A stretch of DNA of 64,000 nt from an uncultured virus (IMG/VR IMGVR_UViG_3300044843_001063) (IMGVR_UViG_3300044843_001063), one strand, 5' to 3'; positions 1-10,030 are shown, numbered from the stretch's first letter. The notes: generated by a model not told the origin, from the sequence alone. Numbers and translations: made by a program.

Positions 1-1
1 G

Positions 2-466
2 GTCTTTTTAGCGGCCTTATCTATACCTTTAATTGGTCAAAGTACTATTAAAGCTATTATTAATGAAGGGTGTGATACTTTAGAGAAGTTTGGTCAACTG
101 GATGCGGAAGCTTTTGCTCAAGTTCCGGGAGTTGGCCCCACTAAAGCTAAGTCTTTAGCTGACGGATTAAAAATGAATCAATCATTAATTCTTGATTTAT
201 TAGCTGCTGGAATTAGTATTAAAGATAAAGTACAAGGAAAATTAACGGGATGCCGAATTGCTATTACTGGCTCTACCAAACATAAACGTGCCGACCTAGA
301 AAAGTTTATTATGGACCATGGAGGAGAAAATAAATCTTCTGTGGGTAAATCTTGCACTCATTTAGTCATTGCCGATACTAATAGCACTTCCGCTAAAGCT
401 GTTGCCGCTAGAAAGCTTGGCATTGTCTTAGTCAATGAAGATAGTTTACTTAATTTAACAATATAA
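2..466 (+). CDS. ligA: NAD-dependent DNA ligase, C-terminal part (HhH + BRCT), 5' truncated by window
   Basis: Frame open from base 2: FLAALSIPLIGQST and VPGVGPTKAKSL HhH motifs, then BRCT (IAITGS..KRADLE..GGENKSSVGKSCTHLV..KAVAARKLGI). Confidence 0.9.
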   Translation, partial: VFLAALSIPLIGQSTIKAIINEGCDTLEKFGQLDAEAFAQVPGVGPTKAKSLADGLKMNQSLILDLLAAGISIKDKVQGKLTGCRIAITGSTKHKRADLEKFIMDHGGENKSSVGKSCTHLVIADTNSTSAKAVAARKLGIVLVNEDSLLNLTI

Positions 467-480
467 TAGGCGAGGTAGTT

Positions 481-882
481 ATGGGTTGGACTGGACATGG
501 ACTATATGATGGTGATAACACTCAAACACAACACATTACATTTTGTCAATGGGCAAAATTACCTCTTTCTGAGGCAGAAATAAGTGATTTCCTCCAATAC
601 AGGAAAACAAAAATTCCAATTCAATTTATTCCTCTGTTTAAGAAAAACTTACCGTTAATCATTAAAAAAATGAATAAAAATAAATTTTGGGATTCAGAGA
701 AGGCCCTTGAATGGCAAATGCTAATGTGTCTATTATTAGACAATAATATGGTCTTGCCGCCAGTGATTAAGAAAAATGGAATCTTAGCGACAGAATATCT
801 GATGGAACAGCATGCTTATTATTTTAATAATCCACCAAATCGTCGGGCAGCTTTGCGTCGGCTGTTAAAGAAAATAAAATGA
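481..882 (+). CDS. hypothetical protein
   Basis: 133-aa ORF with SD (GAGGT) upstream. Confidence 0.6.
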   Translation: MGWTGHGLYDGDNTQTQHITFCQWAKLPLSEAEISDFLQYRKTKIPIQFIPLFKKNLPLIIKKMNKNKFWDSEKALEWQMLMCLLLDNNMVLPPVIKKNGILATEYLMEQHAYYFNNPPNRRAALRRLLKKIK

Positions 883-1139
883 CTCATAGACATAGAAAAA
901 TTATTAATAAAGAGCATTATCACTTCAAAAGTCGAAAGAAAAGATCTAAATCTGCTGACAAAGCCATTCTTAGACGTCTTCTTCAGAATGTTTCTAAGAG
1001 AAATGCTCATGCTTCCGATATACAAGCTGTTATCATGATTCGACATCAAGGCTGTTCTGTTTGGCTTGCTACTTTACATTGGCGGATGCCAACACAATTT
1101 TCATTGTGGCATTATGACCCTAATGATGACATCTACTAG
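879..1139 (+). CDS. hypothetical basic protein
   Basis: ATGA overlap with the upstream stop. Confidence 0.45.
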   Translation: MTHRHRKIINKEHYHFKSRKKRSKSADKAILRRLLQNVSKRNAHASDIQAVIMIRHQGCSVWLATLHWRMPTQFSLWHYDPNDDIY

Positions 1140-1164
1140 AATTTTTATAAAGGACTTTCATTTT

Positions 1165-1467
1165 ATGAATAAATATGTTCAACTTAAGTTAGTTGATAGT
1201 TGGGGCCATCAACATCTGCTTCTAAGAAATAAAAAGGTAGAGTTTGCTAATAAACAAAAAGTATCCATTAAATGGCCTAATGGAGTAATAGAAGACCAGA
1301 CTCTCTCTCTCATAGAGATACAGACTCCAGTTACTGACCAAGGCCAAACTTACCATGTCAAAAATGTTATACCTACTTTTTTTACTAAATTAAATGGTAA
1401 AAAGATTTCTTTTCCACTTTATCAGCTAAAAATATTAGAAACCGACATTACCAATCCTAGGTTTTAA
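1165..1467 (+). CDS. hypothetical protein
   Basis: ORF 1066-1467; likely start MNKYVQL after AAGGA. Confidence 0.5.
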   Translation: MNKYVQLKLVDSWGHQHLLLRNKKVEFANKQKVSIKWPNGVIEDQTLSLIEIQTPVTDQGQTYHVKNVIPTFFTKLNGKKISFPLYQLKILETDITNPRF

Positions 1468-1468
1468 G

Positions 1469-2263
1469 ATGTCTTTATTAAAATTTCTGTGGTATACTGA
1501 TACCCATTTAGATAAATTAGCGCCCTGGACCCTTATTTCTTTTATTAGAAATATTGTCAAAATCAAACCAGCCGGCGTCTTCCTAACCGGAGATATTTCT
1601 ACCGGACCATTATTGTCTACCCATTTAAAATTAATGGCCCATTTTATTCCCTGTCCCATCTATTTTGTCTTGGGTAACCACGATTACCATTTAACTAGCT
1701 TCGAAAAACAACATGATAAAATTAGAAGCTTATGCCAAAAATATCCCAACCTCATCTGGGTCACAGATACCGATCTCGTCCCTCTTAATGAGGAAGTAGC
1801 CCTGATTGGTGTCGAAGGTTGGTATGATGCCCAACTCGGTAATCCTAAATATATTCAATTTACTCCAGATTGGTTATTAATTGAGGATTTTAAACCCCTC
1901 ACCTCCCTAGATGATAAACTCAAAAAATTTAGAAAATTATCCCATAAAAGTTGCAAATTGCTAGAACACAAACTAGAGCAAGCCTTAGAGCAAGATTATA
2001 AGAAAATTTATATCCTGACCCACTTTCCTCCCTGGAAAGAAGCGACTCGAGATGAAGGTACGTTATTAGAGCCATTATATTTGCCCTATAATGTTAACTT
2101 AGCCTTGGGACAAACTATCGAAAATGTCATGGCCGCTCGTAAAAAACGTAGCGTAGATGTCTATTGTGGTCATACTCATCACGCTGAACATATCCATGTC
2201 TCTCGAAATATTAGGTGCCAAGTAGGTGAACCTAATCTAAAATGCCACATTTTATATGCCTAA
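1469..2263 (+). CDS. calcineurin-like metallophosphoesterase
   Basis: DTH, GDIS, GNHD, THFPP and GHTH motifs. Confidence 0.9.
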   Translation: MSLLKFLWYTDTHLDKLAPWTLISFIRNIVKIKPAGVFLTGDISTGPLLSTHLKLMAHFIPCPIYFVLGNHDYHLTSFEKQHDKIRSLCQKYPNLIWVTDTDLVPLNEEVALIGVEGWYDAQLGNPKYIQFTPDWLLIEDFKPLTSLDDKLKKFRKLSHKSCKLLEHKLEQALEQDYKKIYILTHFPPWKEATRDEGTLLEPLYLPYNVNLALGQTIENVMAARKKRSVDVYCGHTHHAEHIHVSRNIRCQVGEPNLKCHILYA

Positions 2264-2295
2264 ATCTGATATATAGAAAGTGGAAAGGACTTTTT

Positions 2296-2514
2296 ATGAT
2301 CAATATTTATGGTTTAGATATGTCAGTATGTCATGATGACGAAGAAGAACAACTCTGGCTAGAATTTGATGACCCAGATTTTGCTGTTCCCGTAGAATTT
2401 CCCAAAAGTGAAAATGGATTAACCTGTCACTCCTGTCAGGAATATTATCCGTATGCCGAACGGCCTAATCAACCCGATGGCACCTTTAAATGTTGGGGGT
2501 GCAGAAATTTTTAA
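2296..2514 (+). CDS. small zinc-finger protein
   Basis: CxxC..CxxC; start MINIY after AAGGA. Confidence 0.6.
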   Translation: MINIYGLDMSVCHDDEEEQLWLEFDDPDFAVPVEFPKSENGLTCHSCQEYYPYAERPNQPDGTFKCWGCRNF

Positions 2515-2754
2515 ATGTTAGTTATTTATACCGAAAACCATAGAAAGCCCATTTCTCATTCCTTTACTCTAGGACAAATATTCCCTACTATTCAAGGTAA
2601 ACTTCTAAAAGTAGAATTATCAGGCAAAGAATTACTGAAATATTCAGAAGCTATAGAGTTGCCCATTTGTTATTCTCCCATTATGACCTTAGTCTGGCAT
2701 CCGCCACATGTTGGTCGTTTAGTTAAATCATTACGTGAAATATTCAAAGGTTAA
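2515..2754 (+). CDS. hypothetical protein
   Basis: Tightly packed ORF. Confidence 0.55.
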   Translation: MLVIYTENHRKPISHSFTLGQIFPTIQGKLLKVELSGKELLKYSEAIELPICYSPIMTLVWHPPHVGRLVKSLREIFKG

Positions 2755-2756
2755 TT

Positions 2757-3053
2757 ATGTTAGAAGCTATTATTTTAATTTGTGCTATTTTTTCATTATC
2801 TTTTCTGCTTAAAGAATCTGCCGGCCCATGGGGCATGATGTCTTGGTTACGACACCAATTATTTAGCAGCCCATATGTCGGAGTCTTTTTCTATAAATTA
2901 TTTGATTGTTATTTTTGCTTAGGTTGCCATGCCGGCTGGATAATTTACCTATTATCTCAGCCCGTCTGGAGTCTCCCGATGCTGATCTGTTGGTCTTTAG
3001 CCGGCGGAACTATTTGCCTCTTATTTGACAAAATTTTGAAAGGTGCCCTGTGA
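2757..3053 (+). CDS. membrane protein, DUF1360-like
   Basis: Hydrophobic helices and LFDCYFCLGCH motif. Confidence 0.6.
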   Translation: MLEAIILICAIFSLSFLLKESAGPWGMMSWLRHQLFSSPYVGVFFYKLFDCYFCLGCHAGWIIYLLSQPVWSLPMLICWSLAGGTICLLFDKILKGAL

Positions 3054-4525
3054 GTAAAGTTATTAAAGAAAGCGATTTGCCCAATCTCAATATTCAAGAG
3101 TCCATTAAAAGATGGACTCTTAATTTTACCGATGTCATCAATAACAATAATAAATTCTATAATATGGAAATTATTAAAACCAATCAAGGTTTTTTTCTCT
3201 ATTCCCAATATGGTCGAGTCGGAGGTACTGCCGCTAAAGAATATCGCCCCTGTCAAGATCAACTGCAAGCCGAATCAGAAGGTCAAAAACTAATCAAAAG
3301 TAAACTAAAAAAAGGTTATGTCGAAGTTAAATTAGCTAAAGCTGATATTGGCTCCTCTGTCGGTCAAACTAAAATAGATACCTCGGTTTCAGTTGACACC
3401 CTCAAACGTTTAGGTACTACTGTTTCCTCTAGTAGCTCTCTGCATCCAGAAGTGCAAAACTTAGTTCGCACCTGGTTCGGAGTCACTCAAGAGTTCGTTA
3501 ATCTCAATCTAGATACGAAGAAATGTCCTTTGGGCCAATTATCAGCCGATCAATTAGATTTAGCTCGCCAAATCTTAGACCAAGCTCAACTCATTATCTC
3601 GACTCCCAAACCTGATGTATTAGAATTAAATAAATTAACTAACCAATATTATTCTAATATTCCTCATAACTTTGGTTACCGCCGTTTAGATGCGGATGCA
3701 TTAAGATTAGATTCCAATGATAAAGTAGTCAAAGCTTTTGATATGTTAGATGTCTTTGCCGATGCCAAGAATGTTCAAGCCGTCATGTCTAAAGAATCAG
3801 CTATTGATGCACAATATGCGACCTTAAAAGCAGATCTTAATTACGTAGATCCTAGTTCTCCTATCTTTAAATGGGTGGATGCTATGTTATTAGGTACTCG
3901 TGCGTCTAATCATAGCTCCTTAGGTAAACTAAAAACTAGAAAAGTCTTCCAAGTCCATAGACATGGTGAAGATAAATTCTGGCGAGAAACCGCCGAGAAA
4001 ATTGCTAAAGATAAATGCAAATTTAATCCGTCACCAGTTAATGCCGAATTTGTCAAAATGAGACCAGATGTGCCAACAGAATTGGTGAGTTTATATCAGC
4101 AAGCTAATATTTTGCCGGCTTGGCATGGGACTAGAAGAGCGAATATGATTGGTATTACTACGAAGGGGTTCTTGATTAGACCGTCGGGTGTGCCGTTGGC
4201 GGGGAGCATGTATGGTAATGCCGTCTATTTTGGATTTCACAGTTCCAAGAGCATAAATTATTGCGATGTGAAAGGCTCCCACTGGGCCCAAGGCAATAAT
4301 AATACTGCTTATCTCTTTCTAGTCGATGCTATTTGTGGCAATTCTAAAATTGCCACTGGGGCTTACTCATATACTCCACAAAATATTAAACCTTATCATA
4401 GTGTATGGGCTAAAGGCGGTAACAGTGGGGTTATTAACGATGAGTTAATGTTGTACTATCCTTCTGGGCCGAATCAACAACATAATATTCGTTATATTGT
4501 AGAATTTGAAGTTCAGGCGAGATAA
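3050..4525 (+). CDS. WGR-domain poly(ADP-ribose) polymerase-like ADP-ribosyltransferase
   Basis: WGR domain (NNKFYNME..QYGRVG); regulatory helical domain (PLGQLS..LTNQYYSNIPH); catalytic H-Y-E (WHGT, GSMYGNAVYF, KSINY, DELMLY). Confidence 0.9.
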   Translation: MSKVIKESDLPNLNIQESIKRWTLNFTDVINNNNKFYNMEIIKTNQGFFLYSQYGRVGGTAAKEYRPCQDQLQAESEGQKLIKSKLKKGYVEVKLAKADIGSSVGQTKIDTSVSVDTLKRLGTTVSSSSSLHPEVQNLVRTWFGVTQEFVNLNLDTKKCPLGQLSADQLDLARQILDQAQLIISTPKPDVLELNKLTNQYYSNIPHNFGYRRLDADALRLDSNDKVVKAFDMLDVFADAKNVQAVMSKESAIDAQYATLKADLNYVDPSSPIFKWVDAMLLGTRASNHSSLGKLKTRKVFQVHRHGEDKFWRETAEKIAKDKCKFNPSPVNAEFVKMRPDVPTELVSLYQQANILPAWHGTRRANMIGITTKGFLIRPSGVPLAGSMYGNAVYFGFHSSKSINYCDVKGSHWAQGNNNTAYLFLVDAICGNSKIATGAYSYTPQNIKPYHSVWAKGGNSGVINDELMLYYPSGPNQQHNIRYIVEFEVQAR

Positions 4526-4559
4526 TTTTAATATATTAACGAATAGTTATATTCGCCAT

Positions 4560-6608
4560 ATGACGAAAGATAGCATCTGGCAAAAAATACAAAACATAGT
4601 TCAAGACCAAGGCGGCAGGTGTCATTCTGTAGCATATCAGAATAATATTTCCAAATTATCTTTTGAATGTCGAGAGGGTCATACCTGGGAAACTTCTTGG
4701 AAAAGTTTGCGCCAAGGATCTTGGTGCCCACGATGTGCGATTATTAATTCTCGTGGAACAAACCATATTCGTTTTGATTCCTTGGCTAATATGCAACATA
4801 TTGCCGAATTGCGTGGAGGCAAATGTTTATCTGATTTATATCAGGGCTCTCATGTTAAACTTGATTGGCAATGTATGTTGGGCCATACCTGGGTAGCCAA
4901 ACCTAGCGCAATTAAATTGGGCACTTGGTGCCCATCATGTAGTGTCGGTATTGGTGAGAGGGTTTGTCGATTAATATTTGAGACGATTTTTCAGGAAACT
5001 TTCACTAAAATAAGGCCCGAGTGGTTAAAAAACCAGTTAACAGGTCGCAATCTAGAATTAGATGGTTATTGTGAAAAACTAAATATTGCTTTCGAATACA
5101 ATGGTAGTCAACATTATTCGGAAGTGAATATTTATTCAAGGTCTAAATATGACCAAGATAAAATTAACAAATGTCGACAGCACAATGTTAATCTCTTCAT
5201 AATTAAAGAAATACCTAATATTTCTAAATACACTAACATTATTGACCAAATTAACTGCCAAGCGCAAGGGTTTGGCATAAAGATTCCATCACATATAAAT
5301 ATACCTATTCATCAAGTGTATCAAACTTCTTCTGGTTTGTTACATTTAGAAGAAATCAGTAAAATTGCGAATCAACGTGGCGGGAAATGTTTATCTCAAA
5401 ATTATGTAGATAATTCTTTCAAATTAGATTTTCAATGTGGAGATTGTCATTATATTTGGAAATCTTCCCCCAATTCCATTAAAAATGGCACTTGGTGCCC
5501 GCAATGTGCTAATAAATGTGTTTCTTTATCTCATGCGCAGCAATTAGCGACAGATAAAGGCGGGCGGTGTATATCCGCAGAATATATTAATTCTGTCACT
5601 AAAATGATGTGGGAATGTCAATTTAAACATACTTGGATGGCTTCGTATAATCAGATCCAATCAGGAAATTGGTGCCCTGCTTGTTTTAAAGATAATAAAA
5701 ATAAAAGTAAAAAACTTCCTTTAGCAGCTTATCAACAAGCTGCGTATAATAAGGGAGGCGAATGTTTATCAACAATAATTAATTCTTGCTATGATAAATT
5801 GCTGTGGAAATGTAAAAATAATCATGAATGGCATGGAACCGCACATGCCATTAAAAATACCAAACAATGGTGCCCTATATGTGCGAAAGAAAAAAGGAAA
5901 AACATGAAAAATAAAGTTAAAAAATCAGTAGAGGAAGTGAAAACTTCACTCCATCAAGTAATGGATCGACTCGGTGTAATAGAATTATCTCGTTACGAAT
6001 GTTGTGACTGCGAATATAATAGATATTATGCCTGCCAAAATGGCAGTGATTGCTGTAACACCGATTATTGTCGGTGTGGACGAATTATCGACTTAAAAAT
6101 TAAGTCAATAGATTTAAATGCGTTAATAAAGAAAATTTCTGATAACATCACCTTATCGGTATTAGATCAATATGTATTAGATCGTTTATGCCGACTTTGT
6201 AAATTATATGATCCTATTCATTGGGATATCGAAATTGCTGGAGGCTATTACGGAGAAGAATTAGGTGATTGTAAATGTGATTTTTCTGAATTAATCAATC
6301 ATCTTAAGGAGATTAAAGATCTCTCTGAGATAGATAAAGTTAAATATTTATTAAAATTAGAATATGGTTATTTGACTGATAGAGTTCAAAAAATGCAACA
6401 GGCGTCAATAGAGACTGTTGATGCTAATCTAATTGTATTTCCAAATCAGCTTCATATGATTAAGATTAAAAGAGAAACATTTTATCAGGATTATAATCTT
6501 CCGAAAGCGATAGTTTCGCCAAATGATAATAAATATATGATTATCGATGGAAACCATCGAATGATAATGAATAATCAACAGACAGTTAAGGTAATTGTTT
6601 TAACTTGA
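4560..6608 (+). CDS. zinc-ribbon-repeat / Vsr-DUF559-like endonuclease fused in frame to a Cys-rich ParB-like protein
   Basis: Repeated C..GHTW....WCP.C units; ELDGY..AFEYNGSQHY nuclease motif; C-terminal IIDGNHR; internal SD+ATG at 5904. Confidence 0.7.
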   Translation: MTKDSIWQKIQNIVQDQGGRCHSVAYQNNISKLSFECREGHTWETSWKSLRQGSWCPRCAIINSRGTNHIRFDSLANMQHIAELRGGKCLSDLYQGSHVKLDWQCMLGHTWVAKPSAIKLGTWCPSCSVGIGERVCRLIFETIFQETFTKIRPEWLKNQLTGRNLELDGYCEKLNIAFEYNGSQHYSEVNIYSRSKYDQDKINKCRQHNVNLFIIKEIPNISKYTNIIDQINCQAQGFGIKIPSHINIPIHQVYQTSSGLLHLEEISKIANQRGGKCLSQNYVDNSFKLDFQCGDCHYIWKSSPNSIKNGTWCPQCANKCVSLSHAQQLATDKGGRCISAEYINSVTKMMWECQFKHTWMASYNQIQSGNWCPACFKDNKNKSKKLPLAAYQQAAYNKGGECLSTIINSCYDKLLWKCKNNHEWHGTAHAIKNTKQWCPICAKEKRKNMKNKVKKSVEEVKTSLHQVMDRLGVIELSRYECCDCEYNRYYACQNGSDCCNTDYCRCGRIIDLKIKSIDLNALIKKISDNITLSVLDQYVLDRLCRLCKLYDPIHWDIEIAGGYYGEELGDCKCDFSELINHLKEIKDLSEIDKVKYLLKLEYGYLTDRVQKMQQASIETVDANLIVFPNQLHMIKIKRETFYQDYNLPKAIVSPNDNKYMIIDGNHRMIMNNQQTVKVIVLT

Positions 6609-6623
6609 AAGAATTAAAATAAG

Positions 6624-7097
6624 ATGAATATATTTGTGTTAGATGAGAATATAGATTTATGTGCACAATATCATGTCGACAAACATTGTGTCAAGATGAT
6701 ATTGGAGACTACGCAATTATTAAATAATGCTGTTTTTGCGCATGATGCAAATTATATACCTATTTATAAACCTACACATCAAAAGCATCCGTGTTCAATT
6801 TGGGCCACGGCATCTCGGTCTAACTTTGAGTGGTTAAATCAATTAGGATTAGCTTTATGTCATGAATACACTTATCGATATCATAAGCGGCATAAGTGTC
6901 ATGATATTTTAGACTATTTTAGTCAATTAGCTAAAGAGCGGATGCCAGATTCTGGTTTAACTAAATTTGCGATATGCATGCCGGAGGAATATAAGGTAGA
7001 GGACCCGATTCTTTCGTATCGAAATTATTATCGAGGAGCTAAGGCAGGATTTGCGAAATGGACTAATCGAGAAGCACCGGAATGGTGGAAACCGTAA
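6624..7097 (+). CDS. pyrimidine-dimer DNA glycosylase/DenV-related protein
   Basis: MNIFVLD..CAQYHVDKHCVKMILE..HPCSIW..EYTYRY family pattern. Confidence 0.75.
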   Translation: MNIFVLDENIDLCAQYHVDKHCVKMILETTQLLNNAVFAHDANYIPIYKPTHQKHPCSIWATASRSNFEWLNQLGLALCHEYTYRYHKRHKCHDILDYFSQLAKERMPDSGLTKFAICMPEEYKVEDPILSYRNYYRGAKAGFAKWTNREAPEWWKP

Positions 7098-7602
7098 TGT
7101 TGAATATAGTTTCTTTAAAAAGAATTCTTTGGGTCAATTTCACTGTGAAGATGGTCCAGCCTTAGAATATTCTTCTGGTAATAAAGAATGGTATCTTCAT
7201 GGTCAACTACATCGAGAAGCTGGTCCAGCAGTAATAAATTTTCAAGGAAATAAATCTTGGTATCTTCATGGTCAGCTCCATCGAGAAGATGGTCCGGCCA
7301 TAGAATATACTGATGGAGAGAAACATTGGTATCTTCATGGCAAAAGACATCGAGAAGGTGGTCCAGCTGTAGAATATAGTGGAATTAAAGAGTGGTATCT
7401 TCATGGCCGATGCCATCGAGAAGATGGCCCAGCATTAGAATGGCCTGATGGATCTAAAGAATGGTATTTTAATGCCCGACTTCATCGAGAAGATGGCCCA
7501 GCGATAAACTGGGCTGATGGAACTAAAGAATATTATCTTCAAGGCAAAGAATATACAGAAGAAGAGTATTGGCGAGTAATTAAATTAAAAGTTTTGTGGT
7601 AG
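7051..7602 (+). CDS. HREDGPA-repeat protein (start uncertain)
   Basis: Tandem WYxxGxxHREDGPA repeats; ends KLKVLW. Confidence 0.8.
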   Translation: MRNGLIEKHRNGGNRNVEYSFFKKNSLGQFHCEDGPALEYSSGNKEWYLHGQLHREAGPAVINFQGNKSWYLHGQLHREDGPAIEYTDGEKHWYLHGKRHREGGPAVEYSGIKEWYLHGRCHREDGPALEWPDGSKEWYFNARLHREDGPAINWADGTKEYYLQGKEYTEEEYWRVIKLKVLW

Positions 7603-7606
7603 CAAT

Positions 7607-7855
7607 ATGCAAGAAATTAAAACATTTAAAGATGGCGCTAAATATTATTATTGGAATAATAAGTTACATCGAGAAGATGGACCAGCCTTAATAAATTTTG
7701 TTGGAGATAAATATTGGTTGCTTTATGGTCAAAAACATCGAGAAGATGGTCCGGCAGTAGTCCACGCTAATGGGTATAAAGAATATTGGCTTCAAGGCAA
7801 AGAATATTCAGAAGAAGAATATTGTCGCTTAGTTAAACTAAAGGCTTTATGGTAA
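7607..7855 (+). CDS. HREDGPA-repeat protein
   Basis: MQEIK start, 2 repeats, KLKALW end. Confidence 0.85.
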   Translation: MQEIKTFKDGAKYYYWNNKLHREDGPALINFVGDKYWLLYGQKHREDGPAVVHANGYKEYWLQGKEYSEEEYCRLVKLKALW

Positions 7856-7858
7856 AAT

Positions 7859-8515
7859 ATGAATGATTGGATTAATTTTATTAAAGAAGAGAGCCATCAG
7901 CCATATTATCGAAATATCTTAGAATTCTTGGAAGAAGATGGAAAACATCATCTTATTTATCCGGCCAGTCAAGATATTTTTAATGCATTTTTCTTATCTC
8001 CTTTAGAAACAACGAAAGTAGTGATCTTAGGACAAGATCCTTATCATAATCCTGGAGAAGCCCATGGCTTATCCTTTTCCGTCCAAGAAGGAGTCAGGAT
8101 TCCTCCCTCATTAAAGAATATTTTTAAAGAATTAGTTAGTGATTTAGGTATTTCTACTCCTATTTATGGAGATTTGACTAGTTGGGCACAGCAAGGAGTA
8201 TTATTATTAAATTCTTGTCTGACAGTCAAAAAAAACGAACCTAATTCGCATAAAAATATTGGTTGGCATTTATTTACGGATCGAGCGATACAGAAAGTAT
8301 CAGCTCAAGGTCGACCGATAGTATTTATATTGTGGGGTAATTTTGCCAGACAGAAAAAGTCATTAATTGTAGGTAATCATCTGATTTTAGAATCAGCTCA
8401 TCCATCTCCATTAAGTGCTCATCAAGGATTTTTTGGATCTCGACCCTTTTCTCAAGCCAATCAATTTTTAATTTCTCAAGGAGAAGAGCCCATTAAATGG
8501 GAGTCAATATGTTAG
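7859..8515 (+). CDS. ung: uracil-DNA glycosylase (family 1)
   Basis: GQDPYH, GLSFSV, LLLN, HPSPLSAHQGF motifs. Confidence 0.95.
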   Translation: MNDWINFIKEESHQPYYRNILEFLEEDGKHHLIYPASQDIFNAFFLSPLETTKVVILGQDPYHNPGEAHGLSFSVQEGVRIPPSLKNIFKELVSDLGISTPIYGDLTSWAQQGVLLLNSCLTVKKNEPNSHKNIGWHLFTDRAIQKVSAQGRPIVFILWGNFARQKKSLIVGNHLILESAHPSPLSAHQGFFGSRPFSQANQFLISQGEEPIKWESIC

Positions 8516-8565
8516 AAATAGTAGAGGGTAATCTGTTAGAGGCTACTGAACAATATATTGCTCAT
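8509..8565 (+). pseudogene. 5' remnant of a macro-domain gene
   Basis: MLEIVEGNLLEATEQYIAH is a typical macro-domain N-terminus; it is cut at TCAT by an IS left end. Confidence 0.6.
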
Positions 8566-8605
8566 GATCTTTAGGCAAGGACACCCTCAGCCTTGTGCTG
8601 AGGGA
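8566..8605 (+). mobile_element. isolated IS200/IS605-family left end (scar)
   Basis: 39/40 nt identical to 14024-14063, including hairpin CCCTCAGC-CTTGT-GCTGAGGG, and preceded by the same TCAT target. Confidence 0.9.
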
Positions 8606-9002
8606 CCAACGACATCGAGAAGATGGTCCAGCAGAAGAATTCTCCAATGGATACAAATATTGGTGGCTCAATGGACGATTACATCGAGAAAATGGCCCAG
8701 CAATCGAAGAAGGCCCAGATAAACACTGGTTTATTCAAGGCATTCGGCATCGAATAGGCGCCCCAGCCATTGAAGAAAATGGAGATAAAGAATGGTGTAT
8801 AGAAGGAAAGCGACACCGAGAAGATGGTCCGGCCATAGAGCGAGCTAATGGAGATAAAGAGTGGTATCTTCGTGGTCAACGACATCGAGAAGATGGTCCG
8901 GCAGTAGAATATGTTGATGGAAGAAAATATTGGTACCTTCAAGGCACAGCATATACAGAAAAAGACTATTGGAGAGTGGTTAAATTAAAAGCATTATGGT
9001 AA
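8606..9002 (+). pseudogene. 5'-truncated HREDGPA-repeat gene
   Basis: Begins mid-repeat right after the IS end; lacks the MQEIK start; ends KLKALW. Confidence 0.75.
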
Positions 9003-9006
9003 TAGT

Positions 9007-9324
9007 ATGAAAGAAATTAAAATAGATGAAGATGGAACTAAAAGATATTATTGGAACGGTCGATACCATCGAGAAGATGGACCGGCCATAGAATTTGTTA
9101 ATGGGGATAAACAATGGTATCTTCATGGTCAATGGCATCGAGAAGATGGCCCAGCGATAGAGCATTCTGATGGATATAAACATTGGTATCTTCATGGTGA
9201 ACGACATCGAGAAGATGGTCCGGCAGTAGAATATCCTTATGAAAGAAAATCTTGGTATCTTCAAGGTAAATCATATTCAGAAGAAGAATACTGGAGAGTG
9301 GTTAAATTAAAAGCATTATGGTGA
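9007..9324 (+). CDS. HREDGPA-repeat protein
   Basis: 3 repeats, KLKALW. Confidence 0.85.
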   Translation: MKEIKIDEDGTKRYYWNGRYHREDGPAIEFVNGDKQWYLHGQWHREDGPAIEHSDGYKHWYLHGERHREDGPAVEYPYERKSWYLQGKSYSEEEYWRVVKLKALW

Positions 9325-9327
9325 AGT

Positions 9328-9639
9328 ATGCAAGAAATTATAGCAGACGAATTTGGTAAATATTACTATTGGAATGGGGAATTTCATCGAGAAGATGGTC
9401 CAGCGATAGAATATATTGATGGTTCTAAAGAATATTGGATTCATGGCAAAATTCATAAAAATAATGGACCCGCGATAGAGCATCAGGCGGATAAATATTG
9501 GTATCAACATCATCATCGTCATCGAGAAGATGGTCCGGCGGTAGAATATGCTGATGGAAGTAAAAAGTGGTACCTTCAAGGTAAAGAATATTCAGAGGAC
9601 GAATACTGGAGAATCGTTAAGCTCAAAGCTTTATGGTAA
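9328..9639 (+). CDS. HREDGPA-repeat protein
   Basis: 3 repeats, KLKALW. Confidence 0.85.
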   Translation: MQEIIADEFGKYYYWNGEFHREDGPAIEYIDGSKEYWIHGKIHKNNGPAIEHQADKYWYQHHHRHREDGPAVEYADGSKKWYLQGKEYSEDEYWRIVKLKALW

Positions 9640-9643
9640 TAGT

Positions 9644-10030
9644 ATGCAAGAAATTAAAATAGATCAACGTGGAACTAAAGAATATTATTGGAATGACCAA
9701 CTCCATCGAGAAGATGGACCAGCTATCGAATGGTATGATGGAGATAAATTTTGGTATTTTCATAATCAACGACATCGAGAAGATGGTCCGGCTGTAGAGC
9801 ATGTTAATGGAGATAAAGAATGGTTTCTTCGTGGTAAATTACATCGAGAAGATGGTCCGGCCATAGATTGGGTTAATGGATTTAAACAGTGGTATCTTCA
9901 TGGTAATCTTCATCGAGAAGATGGTCCAGCAGTAGAAAATGCTCGTGGCGATAAATATTGGTACCTTCAAGGCAAACAATACACAGAAGGAGAATATTGG
10001 CGAATGCTTAAATTAAAAGCTTTGTGGTAA
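9644..10030 (+). CDS. HREDGPA-repeat protein
   Basis: Start reassigned to MQEIK at 9644; 4 repeats, KLKALW. Confidence 0.85.
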   Translation: MQEIKIDQRGTKEYYWNDQLHREDGPAIEWYDGDKFWYFHNQRHREDGPAVEHVNGDKEWFLRGKLHREDGPAIDWVNGFKQWYLHGNLHREDGPAVENARGDKYWYLQGKQYTEGEYWRMLKLKALW

